DNA of 41,400 nt. Origin: Nemertoderma westbladi (Eukaryota; Animalia; Xenacoelomorpha). Position 1 is the stretch's first letter; each line of letters starts with the position of its first letter. The notes beneath the pieces are model-generated. The model was not told where the DNA came from and searched no databases. It was given only the letters and a program-made list of their open reading frames with translations. A program made the position numbers and the translations under genes. Shown here piece by piece: positions 33,861 to 41,400 of the stretch. Location: positions 1 to 41,400 of the forward strand of contig JAUCBJ010002213.1 in NCBI GenBank assembly GCA_032718475.1. Direction: 5' to 3'.

Positions 33861-35721
33861 ATGTCGTCATTTGAAAAGGCGAAACTGGTTCGGCAAGAGA
33901 GACATCTAGAAGATATTAATGCTATGCTTTCAAGACTGAAATTATTAACGCCACAGGAACTGCAGCAATCCGAAGCTATAGCAACCCGATACTGTAATCA
34001 CATCCAAGCCAACGTTGAGTACTCCAGGATTATAGTGCATGTGGATATGGATTCGTTCTACGCCAGTGTTGAGATGAGAGACAACCCCGAACTTCGTGAC
34101 AAACCTATAGCCGTGGGGGGCAACAGTATGCTGTGCACTGCGAACTATAAGGCCCGAGAATTTGGCGTAAGATCGGCCATGCCAGGGTACCTCGCTAAGG
34201 AAAAGTGTCCCGATTTAATGATAGTTCCGGTTTCCATGGATAAATATATAGCAGTAAGCCACCAAGTTTCGAAGCGTTTTTCCTGAATTTGATCCCAATT
34301 TTGATATGGTGGGGGTGGATGAAGGTTACCTGGACATAACGGAATATGCCAAAAACCGACCGCAGATGGAGATCGAAGAAATCGTTAATGATATTCGTAG
34401 TAAAGTGTTTGGTAAAGTTAATCTCACATGCAGCGCTGGCATTGCGATCAATAAAACACTAGCAAAAGTTTGCTCCAATTTAAATAAACCAAACGGACAA
34501 TTTCGCCTTCCAAGCAACCCAACAGATATTTCTACATTTTTATTTGATCTTAATGTAAAGAAAATGCCTGGTATCGGCCCTGTTACTCAACAACGACTGG
34601 CGGCATTGAATATAAACAGATGTGGTGAATTGCTCGACAAGAAAGACCAAATATTTTCCTTGTTCACAGCACACACTGCGGAATTTTTAATGGACTGCGC
34701 TCTGGGAATAGGGGGCAACATGACCAACACGAGTTACGAACGGAAATCAATTGGCACAGAATCGACGTTTCAACCAACTCAGTCTGTTGGTTTGTTCCAT
34801 CGGCATTTGACTCCAATGTGCGATGAGATTGCTGACTGGCTGAAGAAGCATTGTATGCGAGCAAAGACGATTACCCTAGTCTTCAAAGACTGCGATTTTC
34901 AACGCGGTTCTCGTGGTAAAACCATCCCTTCGGGGGTGGTTACAGCTGATGATATATTCAAAATTGTAAAAAAATTACTTCATGATTTAATCATGAACAG
35001 CAAAGGAATTAAACTGCGTCTACTCGGGGTGAGGGGATCGAAACTGGTGGATATTTCGCCCAGCAAAGGGCTTCTAAACATGTATATAAAATGCGGTCAG
35101 GATACAAATAAAGAAGAGTCATCAAACACTAGTACTTCAGAAATCGCGAGCAACAATTCATACAATACTGGAAGAAATGATAAAAATATTTTAGATATTA
35201 ATGCGTCTGAAGAGTGTGACATTGAGATTATAGAGGAATGCTCCAATCTCGACAGAGAGATAGACCGGGTAGCAAAATCAAAGGTTGATATGCCTAATAA
35301 GTTGTGTTTGGCAGAGCGGAGCGCCGATATTAATATGACTTCTTCATCATCTGATGTGGAACAAATTTGTCATGATAATAGGAAACGTCAAATGGTATGT
35401 CCTGTGTGTGGCGTAATAATGGTAACACGAGTGGATAGACTTACAGAACACATTGATTGGTGCCTCAACAGATCAGCTATAGCTAATGCTTTGGAAGAAA
35501 TTAATAATTCTTCAGTGCAAGGTGTTGTTGGTCCTCGGCAATCTTCATCTGATGTTGACATTAACAAACTCAAGCCTGCCAGCCTTAAGGGAACGAATCG
35601 CAGTGGAACTAGTACGGAAATTACTAAGGGATTGAAACGTGGCCCAACTAGTAGACCCACAGAAACGAATCTTAGTAACAAAAGACAACGAACAATGGAC
35701 ACATATTTACTACAGGAGTAA
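33861..35721 (+). CDS. POLK: DNA polymerase kappa (Y-family/DinB), intronless, split by one +1 frameshift at ~34267-34286
   Basis: [106 protein letters not shown] finger CPVC...HIDWC, and C-terminal [10 protein letters not shown] (NLS/PIP-like). Functional status is uncertain. Confidence 0.9.
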
Positions 35722-35937
35722 TACTACCTACTATGCTGCAATATGTAGTGCTTTCGAGTTTGTCAAACGATTTTAAATTATACTTGTCCGATAGCATCCA
35801 TGCGTGACTACATCATGGAATATAATGTCGTAATTCAGTCTCTCGACATCCCCCCCCCCCGCCCTCGTGGCCCCTTTTTCTAAATCTTAATGAGATTTGA
35901 AAAATAATTTTTTTATTTTCGTTTCTATCTTTAGCTG

Positions 35938-36278
35938 TGAGTGTTTATTAGGACTCACCCACTAAGGGAGAAGGAAAGACTTGTATACAATTTGGGGATT
36001 CCAAGTCACTGAATTAAGACACTATATATCAGGACTTGGTCATGATGTGGAGCGGAGGAGGATAAAAAAAATTAAATATTGTAGAAAAACCAATCGATTT
36101 AAGAATCATGAGTGTTTATTAGGACTCACCCACTAAGGGAGAAGGAAAGACTTGTATACAATTTGGGGATTCCAAGTCACTGAATTAAGACACTATATAT
36201 CAGGACTTGGTCATGATGTGGAGCGGAGGAGGATAAAAAAAATTAAATATTGTAGAAAAACCAATCGATTTAAGAATC
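35938..36278. repeat. 171-bp apparently exact tandem duplication
   Basis: gtgtttattaggactcaccc starts at 35941 and at 36112, and both copies run to ttaagaatc. Confidence 0.92.
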
Positions 36279-36455
36279 GACAACCTATTATATTTCCATA
36301 AAGATAATTTATTAGTGAACGTGTGAACCACGAAACACCGAAGGCCCCTATATCTTGGCTGCAACACTAACTCCCAATGGTTGAACACTATAACTATCCA
36401 ATCCTCTCTTTACTCCTCCAGCACAGCCAAGTCCTCATTGATTTCTCCGCATGGT

Positions 36456-37732
36456 TTAACTCTATTTGGCCCGGGGGGGGGGGGGGTCATTTTATAAATT
36501 TTTTGTAATTTATCTTTATCTTAGAGTCAGGTTTGTGGGGAAAACTGTGATTTAGTGACTTTTCCTAAAATTTAATGGGCTATCCAACAAATCAAACCCC
36601 ATTTACATGGCTATGCTAGTTTTCGTTCTGCGGTCCCTTTCTGGCACCCATCTCTAGTATTTTTCGTGATAAAATTTTCAAAAGTTTTTATAATTCACTA
36701 AAATAAATTTGTTTGCGGTATACAGTCTAGCAGTTTTTTTTGGACGCTGTTCTTGATTATTGAACTCAAATATAAAATTCTAGAAAATTGTTTGGTAATT
36801 TTGAATCGGGGCACGAAAAAAGTATATACTGCAAATGTGATAATGAGAAATCACCACGAAATTAGATTAACCTTATGACCATATAGGTTTTTGGTATGCT
36901 GATCACGAATATGACACTGAAATATATCATCGTCCATTATTAATTAGATCATTTTAGGATATGTGTCAATGTGCGCACGAAAAATACAAGTAGGCCTAAA
37001 TAATTAGATTATATATACTACATTAATTAGAATTAATTTTATAAATCAAAAAACAATACTAAATAAACCTGATTTTTAGACGTTCAAGGTTTTCTGGGAC
37101 GCTGATCACGAATATGACACTCAAAAAATATCGTATTATTAAACCAAATTAGATTTTTGCCGTTTGAAATTTTATGCTACTTGTATTTTTTGTCCCAACA
37201 GACAAGCATCAAAACTGATAGTTACATTACCACTTTTTTTTAACGAGTTGTATCGTGATCAGCGACCTAGAAAACCAGTATAGCTTCAGAATTACCAAAC
37301 CAATAGCAGAATTTAAGAGTTTATGTATAATTTTATGCTACTTGTATTTTTCGTTTTGGGGCACAAGAATAGCAACAAAATTGGGTTTGAGTTACCAGAA
37401 ATATTTATAACTAGTGCCATCGTGATCAGCGACCTCGAATACCTGTATACTTTCAGAATTATCAAACAAAACACAAAATGTCTTAGTTTGACATGTTTTA
37501 CTTGTATTTTTCATCCTGGGGGGTCAATATAGCACCAAAAATGATAGTTGCGTTGTCAGAAAATATTTTAAACAAGTTTTATCGTGATCAGCGACCTCGA
37601 AAACCCTTATACTATCAAAATTGTAAATTTTTAGCCAAGATCTGAAATATTTCTAACTAAAATGACCCCCCCCCCCCCCCCCCCCCCCGGGGCCAATTAC
37701 GTTGTAAAATAGCCCGGGTCAGATGGGTTTAA
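36456..37732. mobile_element. piggyBac-like non-autonomous element (TTAA-flanked)
   Basis: Left end TTAA-ctctatttggcccggg-polyG-tcatttt. Right end aaaatga-polyC-gggccaa...cccgggtcagatgggt-TTAA. Internal inverted motifs gctgatcacga (36899, 37102) face tcgtgatcagc (~37253, 37420, 37583). Confidence 0.75.
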
Positions 37733-38069
37733 GTACAGTAACTTAGTTCTCAATCTTATCTGTTACTTGCAAGGCGAGAGAACGCCGCACTAACTTCCAA
37801 GGGTAGACTAACTTCCAGTGGGACTAGACTGGAAGACTGGCTCCGGGGAAGATATTTCCAACCCACATCCAATTCTAGATTGGATTCCCCGGAATGGAAG
37901 CACTTATCGGCTGATATATTAAAAACGATAATTAACAACAGACTCTTTATTTACCCGGCCTTCGGCCGTCAGTATTTCCCATCAACAGTTAACGTGGCGA
38001 CGTGTAGGAGCCACAATATGGCATACATTTGGTGTTTTTATTCGTTAATATTTTCACCTCAAAAAAGCA

Positions 38070-38517
38070 ATTTTTTACACATAATAAATGATTTTTTACG
38101 TGTAAAAAAATATTTTTTTACGTGTAAATAAATGATTTTTTACGCGTAATAAATGATTTTTTACGCGTAATAAATGATTTTTTTACGCGTAATAAATGAT
38201 TTTTTTACGCGTAATAAATGATTTTTTACGTATAAAAAAATATTTTTTTACATATAAAAAAATATTTTTTTACGTGTAAATAAATGATTTTTTTACGTGT
38301 AATAAATGATTTTTTTACGCGTAATAAATGATTTTTTTACGCGTAATAAATGATTTTTTTACGCGTAATAAATGATTTTTTTTACGCGTAATAAAATATT
38401 TTTTTTTACGCGTAATAAATGATTTTTTTACGCGTAATAAATGATTTTTTTACGCGTAATAAATGATTTTTTTACGCGTAATAAATGATTTTTTTACGCG
38501 TAATAAAATATTTTTTA
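38070..38517 (+). repeat. Left arm array, ~20-22-bp unit TTTTTTACGCGTAATAAATGA
   Basis: About 20 copies with a variable T-run and palindromic core TTACGCGTAA. Confidence 0.95.
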
Positions 38518-38964
38518 CTTGGTATTCTATTGGTTATTTTGCCATTATTCTAGAATATAATTCTTCTCGAGGGACATTTAAATATTAATGTTTATTTTGT
38601 TTAAACCCCAAAATGCATATAATAACGACACTCACACTTAAGACAACTGCAACACTGCAGTGCTGGCTAGGTAGAGTACCGATGTGGTCCGGTTGTTATA
38701 AGAACTGATCCCCGTGAGTGAACGAATGAACGTCCTATTTTTGTCTGTCTTACTGGTAGTTGGTATTGCTTGGTTTGTTCAGATCAACCTTAATAAAACT
38801 GTACCCTAATAGGATTACTGAACTTAAGGTAGGAGGCCTACTGAAAGTAACAGAAACCGGTAGTTAGACTCAAAATAAACTATACTGGAATTAATAATAA
38901 TAGAAATACTACTGCAAACTGCAATAACCTGGTAGGCCTACTCATAATCTACAGTCTTGATGAA

Positions 38965-40368
38965 ATGGAAAGAGAACGAGGTGAATCAACCCAAACCTTC
39001 ATTTGTGAATGTGGTTTTGTCCTTAAGCCGCAGGATAGATATTGTTCTTCTTGTGGACAAACAACCACCAACATCAACACCAACCTGAGAGATTCTGTGA
39101 CAGTGGAAGCGGAACCATCAATCAATAGGCGAGGGTTGTTGCGTGAGCTTCAGAATGCATTTGCTCCTTATTCTCCAGCGGCAAATAGACCCTTTCAAAC
39201 CTTGTCAGGTATGAGTGGGCGATCTATTGGCATAGCGGGTACTAGTATTCCTACAGTTCGTAGTCAGAATCGGAATGTCATTAGGAGTCTTAGATCGCCG
39301 AGGGGTCGGCCTCAAATTATATGCTACAGTAAGCCGTTGATCGTAATTCGAGAGTTCAATCCTGGAGAACTACGGACTCTAAGAAAAGACTCCACAATAA
39401 AACATTCTGTGCTGTCTTTCGAAAAACACGACAGTGATGCAGTCATCAAATCAAAGGTCGTCGCTTGTTTAGAGGCGTATCCAGCATGTAATGCAAATTT
39501 CAAATTTGTTAAGGTCGTTAGCAAGATTGTTCAACCGATATCCGTAGAAAATGATTTTAAATTTGATGGAAAAGTTTTAAGTAGCCTTTACCCAGGTTCC
39601 AGAAACATTTATGTACAAATTCCTACAATGGAAAATCGAACAGATGATTCAAATCACCAAGATTCGGACGGTGATCCAGAATGTGTCTTTGAGTCTGATG
39701 CTGCTCCTGTACCTTTGAATGTTGTCTTAAGGGATAGAGCAGCTCTAAATTCTAGTAGTACAGTTCTTAATAACACGTCCGATGATGTATTTGTAATTTC
39801 GGATAGTGAGGACGAAAAGTACCGAAAAGTACCTGCAGCACCAGCAGAACTTGCTAATGCTAATGACTGTTCCCGCGAGTTTTGGGCTGACTTAAGTCTA
39901 TCGCGTCTAAGTAATCAGGAATTGGATAATATTTCGGCTATTCAATTTAGCTACATCTATGATGACACTTTGGACGTGTTTACTGATCCTGACGACTTTC
40001 AGAAAGTTCGAATACGGAGGCGGGTGTTAGTTCAAGATTTGCTAAAGGCCGTCCCAAAGTTAGATCCAACCCAAGGGATTTTGGTAACATTTTCAGGGGA
40101 GCCAGGATGTGACCAAGGCGGATTGCGGCATGATCTTTTTGGATCGTTTATCAGCAATGTTGATTTTTATATTGATTTATATTATTTTATATATATTTAT
40201 GTTGATTTTTCAATGTTAAACAGGGGTCGTCCAGGCCCAGATGACGTGTTTTCAGATCTAAAATGGCGGACTGAAGCGGTTAGAGCTGGAACACTTGCCA
40301 GCAAAGTACAGCATGGAGTGACCTCAACTGTAGTTGCGGAAACTGAGCAGCGAAGTTGTTGTAGATAA
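38965..40368 (+). CDS. Zinc-ribbon protein with the start of a HECT-like ubiquitin ligase domain, truncated at ~40160 (the last ~65 codons are read-through)
   Basis: N-terminal CECG...YCSSCG, a SIM-like VFVISDSEDE, and VRIRRRVLVQD...LVTFSGEPGCDQGGLRHDLF, which matches the HECT N-lobe motif FxGExGxDxGGxxxExF. The catalytic C-lobe is absent. Confidence 0.7.
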   Translation: MERERGESTQTFICECGFVLKPQDRYCSSCGQTTTNINTNLRDSVTVEAEPSINRRGLLRELQNAFAPYSPAANRPFQTLSGMSGRSIGIAGTSIPTVRSQNRNVIRSLRSPRGRPQIICYSKPLIVIREFNPGELRTLRKDSTIKHSVLSFEKHDSDAVIKSKVVACLEAYPACNANFKFVKVVSKIVQPISVENDFKFDGKVLSSLYPGSRNIYVQIPTMENRTDDSNHQDSDGDPECVFESDAAPVPLNVVLRDRAALNSSSTVLNNTSDDVFVISDSEDEKYRKVPAAPAELANANDCSREFWADLSLSRLSNQELDNISAIQFSYIYDDTLDVFTDPDDFQKVRIRRRVLVQDLLKAVPKLDPTQGILVTFSGEPGCDQGGLRHDLFGSFISNVDFYIDLYYFIYIYVDFSMLNRGRPGPDDVFSDLKWRTEAVRAGTLASKVQHGVTSTVVAETEQRSCCR

Positions 40369-40797
40369 TCAAGACACTGCGTTCCAGCCTCATTACTTAC
40401 ATAGTTTATATCATTGATTAATGATAAGCGCCCAGAGAGGTTCTCCAGTCGCATTAATAACATTTCCTTATAATCGGAATCAAGTGGTCTCGAAGTGGTC
40501 GGACTAGGAATATTTGTATTCTGCTGCAGTTAATCTAAATTCGGGGACAGTTTTTCAAACATGATAACCGTTTCAATTTTAAATCTCCCACGGGAAATAA
40601 TTACTTTCTAGAATAATGGAGATCCCGGCCAAAAGAATCGACACCTCATAACTCGAGTAACTGTCCATGGTTTCCATTGGAAAATATGCCGAAATAAAAC
40701 CCCCTTTCACGAACTTGGGGATGCCTGCACCTGTATCTACTGCGGGGGTCCTGCTTCCAACCGGCTCCATGCTATTAGATGTGCGAGTTGCCCTCAC
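40197..40797 (-). pseudogene. N-terminal stub of a probable transposase, convergent with the HECT-like gene
   Basis: Minus-strand ORFs 40579..40797 and 40197..40463 end in GPGRPLFNIEK. This resembles the GRPxFxI motif that precedes the HTH of integrase-type eukaryotic transposases. The reading frame is cut at the same junction as the HECT ORF. Confidence 0.45.
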
Positions 40798-41021
40798 CTA
40801 TCCCTTCTAGGAAGCCTCTAGTTCTGTCTTCGGATTATTCCCTTTTAGTATTATTTTTACCTATTATATTTTAAATTATTTTAATTTCGTATTTTAAAGT
40901 ACACTGTATAATACTAATAGTTAATTAAATAAAACATAACCTGTTACCCCGCTCGGGGTGTTAATAAAAAAAAAGAATAATGGAGATATAACCAATAGAA
41001 TAAAAAAAGAATTAAAAAGAA

Positions 41022-41400
41022 TTTATTACGCGTGAAAAAAATAATTTATTACGCGTAAAAAATCATTTATTACGCGTAAAAAAATCATTTATTACGCGTA
41101 AAAAATCATTTATTACGCGTAAAAAATCATTTATTACGCGTAAAAAAATCATTTATTACGCGTAAAAAAAATCATTTATTACGCGTAAAAAAATCATTTA
41201 TTACGCGTAAAAAATCATTTATTACACGTAAAAAAATCATTTATTACGCGTAAAAAAAAAACATTTATTACGCGAAAAAAAATCATTTATTACGCGTAAA
41301 AAATCATTTATTACGCGTAAAAAAATCATTTATTACGCGTAAATAAATAATTTATTACGCGTAAAAAAAAAATTTATTACACATAAAAAAATCGTTTATT
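41022..41400 (-). repeat. Right arm array, unit TCATTTATTACGCGTAAAAAA (inverse of the left arm)
   Basis: About 18 copies are visible up to the window edge. Confidence 0.95.

Larger units (their letters stand above)
37990..41400. mobile_element. Foldback-like DNA transposon with long inverted arms made of tandem repeats, internally deleted; right end extends beyond the window
   Basis: Arrays at 38070-38517 and 41022-41400 are reverse complements of each other and enclose two convergent truncated genes. The left terminus is tentatively near gtggcgacgtgtaggagccac (~37994). Confidence 0.75.

Noticed and set aside
38070-38517. CRISPR-like array
   Set aside because: There are no spacers, and it is mirrored at 41022-41400, so it is a terminal inverted arm.
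40160-40368. Genuine C-terminus of the 467-aa ORF
   Set aside because: It is read-through across the filler junction into the antisense strand of the convergent gene.

Overview
This window is AT-rich animal (most likely invertebrate) nuclear DNA, not prokaryotic. I found no rRNA, tRNA or CRISPR array. Four host genes are recognisable: a copine (-), a two-exon multi-pass membrane protein with a TPAGWTFSIWG motif (+), PDCD2 (+) and DNA polymerase kappa (+, split by one +1 frameshift). Copine, PDCD2 and POLK have intronless coding sequences. The rest is largely transposon-derived: (1) a BEL/Pao LTR-retrotransposon derivative (-) whose ORF keeps gag and protease but has lost RT/RNase H and integrase through two in-frame deletions, followed by an unexplained ~515-codon extra ORF; (2) a Ginger-like integrase relic whose ~424-bp segment is duplicated on both sides of that element; (3) a decayed CR1/L2-group LINE nested in a TIR element; (4) a ~2-kb 21-bp satellite; (5) an RTE-type LINE followed by an inverted copy of its own 5' part; (6) several MITEs; (7) at the right edge, a foldback-like element with inverted tandem-repeat arms enclosing a zinc-ribbon/HECT-like gene and a convergent transposase-like stub. 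All calls come from reading motifs by eye. No searches or alignments were run, and repeat boundaries are approximate.
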